From contig OY730440.1 of assembly GCA_963422655.1 (NCBI GenBank), positions 2,233,442-2,297,441 on the forward strand: a DNA stretch of 64,000 nucleotides, given 5' to 3'. Source of the DNA: Acidimicrobiales bacterium. Lineage in GTDB: Bacteria > Actinomycetota > Acidimicrobiia > Acidimicrobiales > Aldehydirespiratoraceae. The notes beneath the pieces are model-generated. The model ran no database searches. It saw only the letters and a program-made list of their open reading frames with translations, and was not told the origin of the DNA. The stretch's first letter is position 1. Each line of letters starts with the position of its first letter. Made by a program: the position numbers and the translations under genes. Positions 47,789 through 56,418 of this stretch are shown here, one piece after another.

Positions 47789-49556
47789 CGGTCGACCTCA
47801 GTGCTACGTCGGCGTAGTCGATCAACTGCAGGAACCAAGTCGTGCCCGACGACACCGTAAGATCCCCGGTCTCGCCCGCCGCATTGGCATACCTCACCCG
47901 CAGCCACCATGACCACACCCCCTGCTTCGCCAACCGCCACCGGCATCCCGACATGTCGGCGGTGATGGGGCACACCGACACCAGGTCACCCGGCACGTGA
48001 GCAGCCCGGATCTCGGCTCGACGACCCGGGGGCAGTTCCTTCCAACGGGTCTCGACTACCGGAAAGCGATCCGCTAGCACCGCGGCGTCGGTGGCCGACC
48101 ACGGCACCCGCTCCCGTAGCTCCGACACCACGTCGGTCGCTGTCCACGCACACCCCGATCCCTCCTCGATCACATTCAGATTCCCGGACAGCACCGGCCA
48201 TACCTCGCTACCACGCACGATCAGATATTCGTCCCCGCCAGGAACCTCCGGTAAGGGCGTAGATCCCGGTGGTGGTTCGTAATCTGGGTTCAGCGCCAGA
48301 TTCGTCGCCCACCTCAGCCGGTCCGCTACTGCTGGCACTGCCGAGCGAGGCGGCGCCGGATCACATTCCGGGACGGTGTCAAGGTCGATGTAGGCCACCT
48401 TCTCGGACAGAAACGTCTCGTCGGGTTCGCCTGTCGACTCGTACGGACGGACCTCGGTTTCCCAATAGGCGGTGACCACGAACCGGGCGTCGAGGCCGGT
48501 AGGAGCGCCGAACCGGAACTTCATCGGGCCTGTACAGCGACTGAAGCCGCTGCTTCTGGTGCAGTGGCGGTCACCGAAATCGGTGATCTCGCGACCTGCT
48601 TCGATGACGGTCGGGTTCCCTGCCTCACCCTCGAACCCCCATTCGAGCTTGATCAACCGATTCGTGAGAGTCCCGCACTTTCGCGGCCGGCCGTCGTCGA
48701 ACTCGATCCCGCCGAAAACGGGTGTTGCTCGATGCCCGTCCAAGTCCGGCTTGCGGATCGACACGTCGACCGTTTTGCCCGCCCGGACCTCGACTGCCGC
48801 CGGCCGGATACGAGCGAACCACCCGGTGTTGTTCACCTCTGACGCAGGAACATCGCCGCCGCGGTTCGCTGCCTCGCTGTAAATCATGGAAGCGTCGTAC
48901 CCCAGGCACGGATGATCCCGCCTAACCGGCGGCGTGTACGGCTGACTGCACGACGCTCCCGGTGACTGGTAGCTACCAGTCCAGGTGCACCACACTTTGC
49001 ACACGCCGCCTATCAGGCTCTGACCAGCCGAGCACGACGGCTCCGCCGGAGGCTGTGTCTTTGTCGGATGATCCCACCTCGCCGGTGACGTCGGTGTGAT
49101 CGTCGTCGGTGGTGTGGTCGTCGTTGTCGTCGTTGTCGTCGTTGTCCGTGGTGTGGTGGTCGTGGTCGGTGGTGTTGTCGTTGTCGTCGTTGTTGTCGTT
49201 GTCGTCGTTGTGGTTGTCGGCGGTGGGACGTGTCTGTGGCAGACCCACCCGTAGTGATGGCCACCGCCGCGGCAATCAGCGTGCGAGTAAGAGTCGTAGT
49301 GGTGCTTGAAACCAGGGCCGTGTTCTCCGCAAGAACCGCCCTGGTGATCTCGCATACACCAGGTATCTTCTCTTGATATCCATTCGTTGACATGTGTCCA
49401 CCAGTGGGTTCCGTCGGTCCACACGTCGGTCCATCCCTGCGGGGGCTCGTCGGCTGACACCGGCCGGTTGGATGCTTCGACAACCACCGAAACAACTACC
49501 GCAACCAGGGCTGCCAGCACCAGAAGCCACCGCCTCGACACCTGGGGGGCAGTCAT
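47778..49556 (-). CDS. Secreted protein with W/H/C-rich N-domain, poly-Thr linker and large C-terminal domain (unknown function)
   Basis: 592 aa. The signal-like N-terminus is RRWLLVLAALVAVVVSVVVEA and the linker is PPPTTTTTTTTTTTTTTTPPTTTTTPRTTTTTTTTTTTPPTTITP. Its start forms an ATGA overlap with the upstream lipoprotein gene. Confidence 0.7.
   Translation of the reverse strand: MTAPQVSRRWLLVLAALVAVVVSVVVEASNRPVSADEPPQGWTDVWTDGTHWWTHVNEWISREDTWCMRDHQGGSCGEHGPGFKHHYDSYSHADCRGGGHHYGWVCHRHVPPPTTTTTTTTTTTTTTTPPTTTTTPRTTTTTTTTTTTPPTTITPTSPARWDHPTKTQPPAEPSCSAGQSLIGGVCKVWCTWTGSYQSPGASCSQPYTPPVRRDHPCLGYDASMIYSEAANRGGDVPASEVNNTGWFARIRPAAVEVRAGKTVDVSIRKPDLDGHRATPVFGGIEFDDGRPRKCGTLTNRLIKLEWGFEGEAGNPTVIEAGREITDFGDRHCTRSSGFSRCTGPMKFRFGAPTGLDARFVVTAYWETEVRPYESTGEPDETFLSEKVAYIDLDTVPECDPAPPRSAVPAVADRLRWATNLALNPDYEPPPGSTPLPEVPGGDEYLIVRGSEVWPVLSGNLNVIEEGSGCAWTATDVVSELRERVPWSATDAAVLADRFPVVETRWKELPPGRRAEIRAAHVPGDLVSVCPITADMSGCRWRLAKQGVWSWWLRVRYANAAGETGDLTVSSGTTWFLQLIDYADVALRSTDGR
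49100..49225. repeat. Low-complexity GTC/GTT/GTG tract (encodes poly-Thr on the minus strand)
   Basis: Runs of gtcgtcgttgtcgtcgttgtc... are read directly from the sequence, entirely within CDS 47778..49556. Confidence 0.9.
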
Positions 49557-50791
49557 TCCGCGACCTCATCGCATGGAGGCAAAGTGATTGACGGGGGTGC
49601 CCACCTCGCGCACTCGATCGGGGCCGAACGGGCGAGCTCATCACACAGAGGCGGATTTGGTAGCGGCTGCCTCCCCCCCAACTCATATCCAACAACAGTG
49701 CCTGGGCCGCCACATGAAGCGAAGGAGTTTTCCTTGTCCGGCACCGGCACCAATATGTTTGCCTCCCAGACACTCAGGCCCACGAGGTCGGGATGACAGG
49801 CAACCACGCCTTTACGTCCCATCTGATCGGCCAGTTCGGCTTCGGCTGACTCCAACGACGCGCCAGGAAAGAAGGCAATAACCTCGTTACGGAATCCGAA
49901 ATGAGTCCGGGCCGCGCCTCGTTGGCATCCCCACTCCCACCAGTTCACGGCCCAGGCACAGTCGGTGTAAGGCTCACGCAGTTCACGGTGCGACACGAAC
50001 AAGATCCGGTCATAAGCCGCCAGTTTCAGGTTTGCGCACAGTTCTTCGGCGGTGCCAGCAAAATCTCCCGGCGTCGAGGCTACGCCGTCGAAGATCACCG
50101 GCGGTGAGGGGATACCCGACGGGAACACCTGTTCGACCGGGATGCCGTTGGGATGGTCGCCACCGACCACGGTCAGCTTCTCGACCGCGTCCCGAGACTC
50201 GTCGGTGCCCGCATCGTGCTCATCAGCGTGTGGAGCCTTAGCAGGCGCCTCGGGCTCAGGATCCGGTTCGGGCTCTGTGCGATCGCTGTGGCCGTCGGTG
50301 GGTTCGGGTACTGTCACCGGACCGGCCACCGGTTCGGGCTCTGTGCGATCGTTGTGGCCGTCGGTGGGTTCGGGTACTGTCACCGGACCGGCCACCGGTT
50401 CGGGCTCTGTGCGATCGTTGTGGCCGTCGGTGGGCTCGGGTTCAGTCGCTGGCTCGGGTTCAGGCGCTGGTTCGGGTTCAGGCGCTGGTTCGGGTTTGGG
50501 TTTGGGTTCAGGCTCAGATGCTATGACAATGGGGTCGTCGAGGTTGGTGGTGACTACGGGTTCGGGTTCTTTGACCGGTATGTCATCGTTTACTACTGGT
50601 TCTTTCTCGACCGGTTTTTGTATCGGTGCCGGAGGGTCGGTCTCGACCGGTGGTTGCACTGACGTCGGGGCTGGTTCTGCAGTACCTATGGTCTCTTCGG
50701 TGGTACTACCGCAGGCAGTGACTATGGCTAGGCATAGCATTATTGCGGCAGCTCTGATTGCAGATAAGCGGGCAAATGGTCGGTCAGTCAT
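49553..50791 (-). CDS. Putative lipoprotein with PE/PK-rich region and 22-aa tandem repeats
   Basis: ATG at 50791 is preferred. MTDRPFARLSAIRAAAIMLCLAIVTACGS has a lipobox-like VTAC. The repeats are PEPTDGHNDRTEPEPVAGPVTV, in about three copies. Confidence 0.7.
   Translation of the reverse strand: MTDRPFARLSAIRAAAIMLCLAIVTACGSTTEETIGTAEPAPTSVQPPVETDPPAPIQKPVEKEPVVNDDIPVKEPEPVVTTNLDDPIVIASEPEPKPKPEPAPEPEPAPEPEPATEPEPTDGHNDRTEPEPVAGPVTVPEPTDGHNDRTEPEPVAGPVTVPEPTDGHSDRTEPEPDPEPEAPAKAPHADEHDAGTDESRDAVEKLTVVGGDHPNGIPVEQVFPSGIPSPPVIFDGVASTPGDFAGTAEELCANLKLAAYDRILFVSHRELREPYTDCAWAVNWWEWGCQRGAARTHFGFRNEVIAFFPGASLESAEAELADQMGRKGVVACHPDLVGLSVWEANILVPVPDKENSFASCGGPGTVVGYELGGRQPLPNPPLCDELARSAPIECARWAPPSITLPPCDEVAE
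50263..50440. repeat. 66-bp tandem repeat, 2 full copies plus 1 partial (coding)
   Basis: ccggttcgggctctgtgcgatcg... starts at 50263, 50329 and 50395, giving an exact 66-nt period. Confidence 0.95.
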
Positions 50792-51113
50792 GGTGGGTTC
50801 CTTTCCGTTGACGGTGGGTGCGGGGAGCTTCAGCGGCGTCCCTTTTTTTACGTCGGATGCGATTGATAATGAATAAGAGGAGCCAGACCACAACGATCAA
50901 GCCGATGGATACATACCCCCCATTGGTGGGTTCTTCGGACCTGAGTCTGCTCAACCTTCGGCTAGGTAAAAAAGATTGGGGGTCGATTAAAATGCCGATC
51001 AACAGGGCCACAATCAAGATCACGTTCAGGACCCAGCCCATCGCCCGCCGAGGTCGACGAGCTGAGCTGTGGATGGGGTTGGTCGAGTTCATGTGGTTGT
51101 CCTCATTGTCCAT
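50784..51113 (-). CDS. Small two-helix membrane protein (hypothetical), first ORF of the minus-strand operon
   Basis: 109 aa with the spans WVLNVILIVALLIGILI and IGLIVVVWLLLFII, followed by RRKKRD. It has AT-rich codon usage and an 8-nt overlap with the lipoprotein start. Confidence 0.4.
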   Translation of the reverse strand: MDNEDNHMNSTNPIHSSARRPRRAMGWVLNVILIVALLIGILIDPQSFLPSRRLSRLRSEEPTNGGYVSIGLIVVVWLLLFIINRIRRKKRDAAEAPRTHRQRKGTHHD

Positions 51114-51166
51114 TTACGGCATCGCTGGCCACCTCGACCCTGGGCTGCGCAAAGGCAACCGGATCG

Positions 51167-51250
51167 GGGTGAGAGGGGTCGAGGTGACCCGATAAGGACG
51201 TTCGGGCCGGGTGAGGCCCAAAACGGGGTGAGATCGTTCGCTCGGGTGAG
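51167..51250. repeat. Four dispersed GGGTGAG motifs upstream of the minus-strand operon
   Basis: GGGTGAG occurs at 51167-51173, 51209-51215, 51226-51232 and 51244-51250. Confidence 0.6.
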
Positions 51251-51401
51251 GGGAAAGTGGAAGCTGTAGAAACCGGGGCCCCGTCAAAGACGTTGCACCA
51301 AGCTAAGCTAGAAGACATCTAATCCCTGAGAAATAGATGTAATATCAGGAAACTCTACAAAACCAAGGCGCGTTCGTCAACCAGATATTTGAAAATCTTC
51401 C

Positions 51402-51425
51402 CAGCCCGAGAAATTTCTCGGGCTG
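51402..51425. promoter_or_regulatory. Perfect 24-bp palindrome CAGCCCGAGAAATTTCTCGGGCTG
   Basis: Read directly from the sequence. It lies in the 508-nt divergent intergenic region, about 200 nt upstream of the amt ATG. That is not a terminator position for either flanking gene. Confidence 0.45.
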
Positions 51426-51621
51426 CTCGCAGGAATCTGGTCCGGCTGGCGGCCCGACCTGGCCTGCTGGCGTGCCGGATCCGTTTCCGGCCAACCGGGC
51501 TCGACGGAGCGCTCCGTGGGGCTGTCGCGACCGTGGTCGTGCACCACCGCGTCATCTGTGCTATGGTCTTCGGCATCTGGGCCAAAGGGCCAGAACGAAC
51601 AAGAAGAATGGAGGTGAGCCG

Positions 51622-53007
51622 ATGGACACTTCAGTAGTGTTCACCGAGTCTTACTATTTCTTCACCGTCGCTATCATGTGGCTGCTGCACGTCGGGTTCA
51701 TGACCTACGAAGCCGGTGTCAGCCGCCGCAAGAACATTATGTCGACGGCGATGAAGAACATAATGACGATAGCCGTGGTGACGCCGACGTTTTACTACCT
51801 CGGCTGGTGGGTGTACTTCTGCATGGAGGAAGGCCTGAAGTTCACCACGTCAGCCGATGGTGCCGGGAACGCCGGCGAGGGCGCCTATTTCTGCGGCGAC
51901 GGCTACGGCGTTCCGTGGGACGGCTCGATGGGGCCGAACCTTGGTGACAACATCAGCGGCGTGTTCTGGGCTGCCTTTGTTCTGTTCTCTTGGACGACCG
52001 GGTCGATCATGTCCGGGGCGGTGCTGGAGCGCATCCGCATCTCGGCCTACCTGTGGCTGACCGCCTTGATGGGCGGCTTGGTCTGGGTGATCGCCGCGGC
52101 TTGGGGATGGAGCTACGGCGGCTGGCTGACAATCCACTTCGGGTACCACGACTTCGCCGCCTCCGGCGTGGTACACGGCATCGCCGGCATCTTCGCTCTG
52201 GGGGTGCTGTTCAACTTGGGCCCGAGAATCGGCAAGTACGACAGGAACGGAGGCACGCGGGTATTCAAGCCCCACAACCTGCATCTCACATTGATGGGGC
52301 TGATGATCATCTTCACCGGCTTCTACGCGTTCTACGCTGCCTGCCTGGCCATCACAGCCGACACCGCGCCGGGCTGGGCCAACATCTACTTCTCCCCGGC
52401 CACGCTGTCAGCCATCACCTTCACCATCACGATGGGCTTCGCGGGCGGTTTCGCCGGCGGCTACATCTTCGCCAAGGGCGACCCGTTCTGGACCCTGTCG
52501 GGCGGGCTGGCCGGCGTGGTGGCGGTCTCAGCCGGCGCCGACATCTACAGTCCGTCTTTGGTGCTGATCCTCGCCTTCTTCTCAGCCGGGCTCGCCTACC
52601 ATGCGGGCAACTGGATCGAGCGCAAGGCCCGAATCGACGATGCGGTCGGAGCCGTATCGGTTCACGGCGTGATGGGCATGTGGGGCGTCCTACTGGTGGG
52701 CGTCTTCGCGGCTGGCTATCCCACTGGAGCAGCCGGGGTCGAGACTTCACTTCTCGGGCAGCTCGTGGGCATCGCTACCTTGTTCCCGCTGGCGTTCCTC
52801 ACCGGCTACATCGCCTCGGGGATTCTCAAGAAGATGAACTTGCTGAGAGTTCCACCCGTGGTGGAGATCGAAGGTCTAGACATGGCTGAGTTCGAGACCG
52901 ACTTCTACCCCGAGTTCGGTCGGGCCGACGAGCCCATCGTCCACGCCGACGGTTCGGAGGAAAGTGCCTCCGCCACCCTGCGATCGGCCTACGCCGACAC
53001 CCGCTAG
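51622..53007 (+). CDS. amt: Ammonium (possibly methylammonium) transporter, Amt family
   Basis: ATG at 51622 is preceded by GGAGGTGAG. The polytopic protein contains VVHGIAGIFALGVLFNLGPRIG and SVHGVMGMWGVLLVGVFA. Confidence 0.9.
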   Translation: MDTSVVFTESYYFFTVAIMWLLHVGFMTYEAGVSRRKNIMSTAMKNIMTIAVVTPTFYYLGWWVYFCMEEGLKFTTSADGAGNAGEGAYFCGDGYGVPWDGSMGPNLGDNISGVFWAAFVLFSWTTGSIMSGAVLERIRISAYLWLTALMGGLVWVIAAAWGWSYGGWLTIHFGYHDFAASGVVHGIAGIFALGVLFNLGPRIGKYDRNGGTRVFKPHNLHLTLMGLMIIFTGFYAFYAACLAITADTAPGWANIYFSPATLSAITFTITMGFAGGFAGGYIFAKGDPFWTLSGGLAGVVAVSAGADIYSPSLVLILAFFSAGLAYHAGNWIERKARIDDAVGAVSVHGVMGMWGVLLVGVFAAGYPTGAAGVETSLLGQLVGIATLFPLAFLTGYIASGILKKMNLLRVPPVVEIEGLDMAEFETDFYPEFGRADEPIVHADGSEESASATLRSAYADTR

Positions 53008-53011
53008 CCGA

Positions 53012-53173
53012 GTGTCCGGCTCATGGTTTCAGTTTGCGGTCGCGATCGTCCTCATGTACTCGGTGGTCGCGGCCGCCGGGTACTGGGGACAGCGACGGCG
53101 GGCCCGCCAGAGGCGCGACGACAACACGACAACGACAACATTTGACAAGCATCACCTGCGGAGGACTGAATGA
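53012..53173 (+). CDS. Mini membrane protein 1 (hypothetical)
   Basis: GTG at 53012 lies just after the amt stop. One helix, WFQFAVAIVLMYSVVAAAGYW, is followed by a basic tail. Its stop forms an ATGA overlap with the next ORF. Confidence 0.3.
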   Translation: MSGSWFQFAVAIVLMYSVVAAAGYWGQRRRARQRRDDNTTTTTFDKHHLRRTE

Positions 53174-53394
53174 ACACTTTTCCATATGACAGTTGGGAGG
53201 CGGCTTTCGAAGCTGCCAACGGCACGAACGGCTACTTCACTTGGGGCCCGGGCGGCAACACTGCCTCGGTCGTCCTCGCCATTCTCGGTATCGCCATCTC
53301 GGTGGCGATGGCGGTAATGGTGACCAGGCGTGAGAACGACCTGCTCAACGAGGCAGCCGATCGTCTCGCCCACAAGTACAGCTCGGAGGGCTGA
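53170..53394 (+). CDS. Mini membrane protein 2 (hypothetical)
   Basis: 74 aa with a single helix, ASVVLAILGIAISVAMAVMV. Confidence 0.45.
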   Translation: MNTFPYDSWEAAFEAANGTNGYFTWGPGGNTASVVLAILGIAISVAMAVMVTRRENDLLNEAADRLAHKYSSEG

Positions 53395-53395
53395 C

Positions 53396-53536
53396 ATGAC
53401 TGGCAAGCAAATCGAGTTCCAAGGCAACCAGGGCCACGACAAGAACGTGGAGTGGGCGGTGGTGGGTTTCTCCCTCGTCTGCATCGTCTTCACGATCATC
53501 TGCATCGTGGCTGTCGGCGGCGGCAGCGTCGGCTGA
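53396..53536 (+). CDS. Mini membrane protein 3 (hypothetical)
   Basis: ATG at 53396 lies 1 nt after the previous stop. 46 aa with the helix WAVVGFSLVCIVFTIICIVAV. Confidence 0.35.
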   Translation: MTGKQIEFQGNQGHDKNVEWAVVGFSLVCIVFTIICIVAVGGGSVG

Positions 53537-53567
53537 CACCCGACCCGACTCGACTGCGGCCGGTGCC

Positions 53568-53984
53568 GTGTCGCCATTGGTGCGGCGCGGCGCCGGCCCG
53601 GCATCGGGTTCGTATGGCGTTGTGGTGACCACCGGCAGGCGTGTGGCTCAGGCGGGCATGGCCGTCGTCGTCTTCGCCACCTTCCTCACATGGGAGGCGG
53701 AGGAATCGGTAGCCGGCACGGACAGCAACGAAGGCCAGTTGGCTTTCATCGTTGGCCTCATCACCATCGGGTTGATCCAGATCGGATGGCGCCCGGCCTG
53801 GATCGGGGCCGGTTTCGTCTCGGCCGTTGCCGGTCGGCAGTTGCTCGACACTTTGGGTGACGACTCGGCCGAGCCCGGGGTCGGGTTGTGGATCGCCACC
53901 GTCGCAGCTTTGGTGGCCGCGGTCGTGCTGGTTGTCGCCATGTTCTCGACCATCAACCGCAACCCACCCCCATCGGAGCGGTGA
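53568..53984 (+). CDS. Membrane protein (hypothetical, 3-4 helices)
   Basis: 138 aa. Its stop overlaps the GTG start of tdm (GTGA). Start uncertain. Confidence 0.45.
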   Translation: MSPLVRRGAGPASGSYGVVVTTGRRVAQAGMAVVVFATFLTWEAEESVAGTDSNEGQLAFIVGLITIGLIQIGWRPAWIGAGFVSAVAGRQLLDTLGDDSAEPGVGLWIATVAALVAAVVLVVAMFSTINRNPPPSER

Positions 53985-56359
53985 CGACCGGCGCTGCATC
54001 CACCGACCGGCCCCGCCTGCTCCAGCCCGGCCTCGGGCGGGGTGATCCGGGCACAGAGCGATACCGGGTGACCGGGGGAGGCGCCACGGTGCTGGCCCTC
54101 GAACCCGGCGACCGGATCGAGATAGTCGACCCCGAAGGCCGCCAGCCGTGTGAGCTGATCGCTTTCGATGCAGCGGGCGTGAGTGATCCCGGCCTGTTGG
54201 GAGCGGCTCGAGCGACCGGCTCGGGCCTTCGAACCCGGACCATCCTGTCGGCGCCGGTCACCGATGCTCGCCGGGTTCGCGTCGGCCTGCACCGGCGGGG
54301 CATCGACCTCACCGATGCCCGTCCGGCTTACGTGTTCGAGGCAGATTCGGCGGCAGGGTCCGAGGCGTCGTTCACCGCTCAGGTGCCGGTCTCGGTGGTG
54401 GTGGCCGCTCCCGGTGGGCCGATGAACATCGAAGGCGGCAACCCGCCCACCGATCTCATCGTCCACGTCCACCGGTCGTTCGTGCCTGAACCCGGCGAGA
54501 CCAACGAGGCGGGCCTGCCCGCTCCGCTGGCCGACCCGACTCAGGACTTCACCATCCGGCGAGCTACCGCCGCGGCTTACGAGGTGGCCAAGGGGGACTA
54601 CTTCCAAGTGGTTGATATCGAAGGCCGGGAGTGCTCCGACTTCCAGTGCTTCGTCGTCGGCGATCTGGATTCGGCCCCCCCGGGCTGTCTCGACCCGACC
54701 GTCACCCGAACCCTGATGGGCTCGGTCTACCCGGCTCCCGGCCTGTATGCCCGCTTCTACAACGCCGAGATGCAACCCTTGGTCGAGGTGGTGCAAGACA
54801 CCGTCGGCCGCCATGACACGTTCAACACCGCCTGCAACGCCCGCTACTACGAAGAGATGGGATTTCCGGGCCACGCCAACTGCACCGACAACATCAACGC
54901 GGCTTGGGCACCTTACGGGGTGGCGGCCCGGCGGGGCTGGGAAGCTGTCAACTTCTTCTACAACACCCACATAGACGACACCAACCAGATCTATTTCGAC
55001 GAGCCTTGGTCACGTCCGGGCGACTACGTGCTGCTGCGGGCCCTCGAAGATCTGGTGTGCGTGTCGACGGCCTGTCCCAGTGACATCGACCCGGCCAACG
55101 GGTGGAACCCGACCGACATCGGTATTCGCGTCTACCCCGGTGCCAACATGTTCAAGAAAGCGACCGCGTTCCGTATGACCGCCGACTCAGAGGCCGAGCT
55201 CACCAAAGAGACCGGCTTTCACTCTCGCACCTCGGATCACACCCGCAACTTCATCGAGTACAACGGCTACTGGCTGGCCAATTCCTACACCAGCCACGGC
55301 GCCGTCGAGGAGTACTGGGCCTGTCGGCAGGCGGCGGTGGTCATCGATCTATCCCCGTTGCGTAAGTACGAGGTTTCGGGCCCCGATGCCGAGTTGTTGC
55401 TACAGACCTGCGTGACCCGCGACATCCGGAGGCTGTCCGATGGCGGTGTCGCCTACACCGCCATGTGTTACGACACCGGCGGGATGATCGACGACGGCAC
55501 CGTCTTCCGGCTGGGCCGTGACAACCTCCGTTGGATCGGCGGCAGTGACATCAGCGGGCTCTGGCTTCGTCGGCAGGCCCGGGCGCGGGGGCTGCGGGTC
55601 TGGGTGAAGGACTCCACCGACCAGCTCCACAACCTTCAGGTCCAGGGTCCGGCCAGCCGTGAGATCCTCGAACAGATCGTCTGGACCCGCCCCGATCAGC
55701 CCACCGTCAGCGAGCTGGGATGGTTCCGGTTCACCATCGCCCGTATCGGCGATCACAACGGGGTGGCCCTGATCGTGTCCCGGACCGGCTACACCGGCGA
55801 GCTGGGGTTCGAGGTGTTCTGCCACCCCGGCGACGGGCCCGCGGTGTGGGACGCCATCTTCGAAGCCGGGGGAGATCACGGGCTGGTGCCGATGGGTCTG
55901 GAGGCGCTGGACATGGTCCGGATCGAGGCCGGCCTCATCATGTCCGGACAGGAGTTCTGCGACCAGACCGATCCTTTCGAGGCCGGTATCGGCTTCACCG
56001 TCCCCTTGGCCACCAAGCAGGACGACTTCATCGGCCGTGACGCACTGCTGAAACGCAAACAGAGCCCGCAGCGCCGACTGGTCGGCCTCGAGTTGCAAGG
56101 AGGCGAGCCGGGCGTCTTCGACGACGGGGTCTACGACGGTCGGGCCCGGGTGGGTTCGGTCACCAGCGGTACGATCTCCCCGGCGCGGGGCCAAAACATC
56201 GCGCTCTGCCGAATGGCGGTGGAGTACGCCGAGATCGGTACCGAGGTCGAGGTCGGCAAGATCGATGGACACCAGAAGCGCATCCCGGCCACCGTCGTCG
56301 GATTCCCGTTCTACGATCCCGGCAAGACCCGCGTTCGTGGCACAGCCGCCCAGAGCTGA
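53981..56359 (+). CDS. tdm: DUF1989 + GcvT-type folate-binding fusion: trimethylamine-N-oxide demethylase-like
   Basis: GTG at 53981. DUF1989-like segments are [24 protein letters not shown] and [19 protein letters not shown]. The C-terminal GcvT-like part is [17 protein letters not shown]...[10 protein letters not shown]. It lies adjacent to tmm. Confidence 0.75.
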   Translation: MTTGAASTDRPRLLQPGLGRGDPGTERYRVTGGGATVLALEPGDRIEIVDPEGRQPCELIAFDAAGVSDPGLLGAARATGSGLRTRTILSAPVTDARRVRVGLHRRGIDLTDARPAYVFEADSAAGSEASFTAQVPVSVVVAAPGGPMNIEGGNPPTDLIVHVHRSFVPEPGETNEAGLPAPLADPTQDFTIRRATAAAYEVAKGDYFQVVDIEGRECSDFQCFVVGDLDSAPPGCLDPTVTRTLMGSVYPAPGLYARFYNAEMQPLVEVVQDTVGRHDTFNTACNARYYEEMGFPGHANCTDNINAAWAPYGVAARRGWEAVNFFYNTHIDDTNQIYFDEPWSRPGDYVLLRALEDLVCVSTACPSDIDPANGWNPTDIGIRVYPGANMFKKATAFRMTADSEAELTKETGFHSRTSDHTRNFIEYNGYWLANSYTSHGAVEEYWACRQAAVVIDLSPLRKYEVSGPDAELLLQTCVTRDIRRLSDGGVAYTAMCYDTGGMIDDGTVFRLGRDNLRWIGGSDISGLWLRRQARARGLRVWVKDSTDQLHNLQVQGPASREILEQIVWTRPDQPTVSELGWFRFTIARIGDHNGVALIVSRTGYTGELGFEVFCHPGDGPAVWDAIFEAGGDHGLVPMGLEALDMVRIEAGLIMSGQEFCDQTDPFEAGIGFTVPLATKQDDFIGRDALLKRKQSPQRRLVGLELQGGEPGVFDDGVYDGRARVGSVTSGTISPARGQNIALCRMAVEYAEIGTEVEVGKIDGHQKRIPATVVGFPFYDPGKTRVRGTAAQS

Positions 56360-56418
56360 GCGCGACCGCCAAGAGAGGAACCATCCTCATCAGGACGAAC
56401 ATCGAAAAGAGAACCATC

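Noticed and set aside
49100-50440. Possible CRISPR-like or satellite arrays (poly-GTC/GTT tract and 66-bp tandem repeats)
   Set aside because: Both lie inside ORFs and keep the reading frame (poly-Thr; a 22-aa repeat). The repeats are directly tandem with no spacers, and no cas genes are present.
52964-53011. N-terminal part of ORF 52964..53173 (MPPPPCDRPTPTPASR)
   Set aside because: It overlaps the 3' end of amt in another frame. Only the part from GTG 53012 onward was kept, at low confidence.
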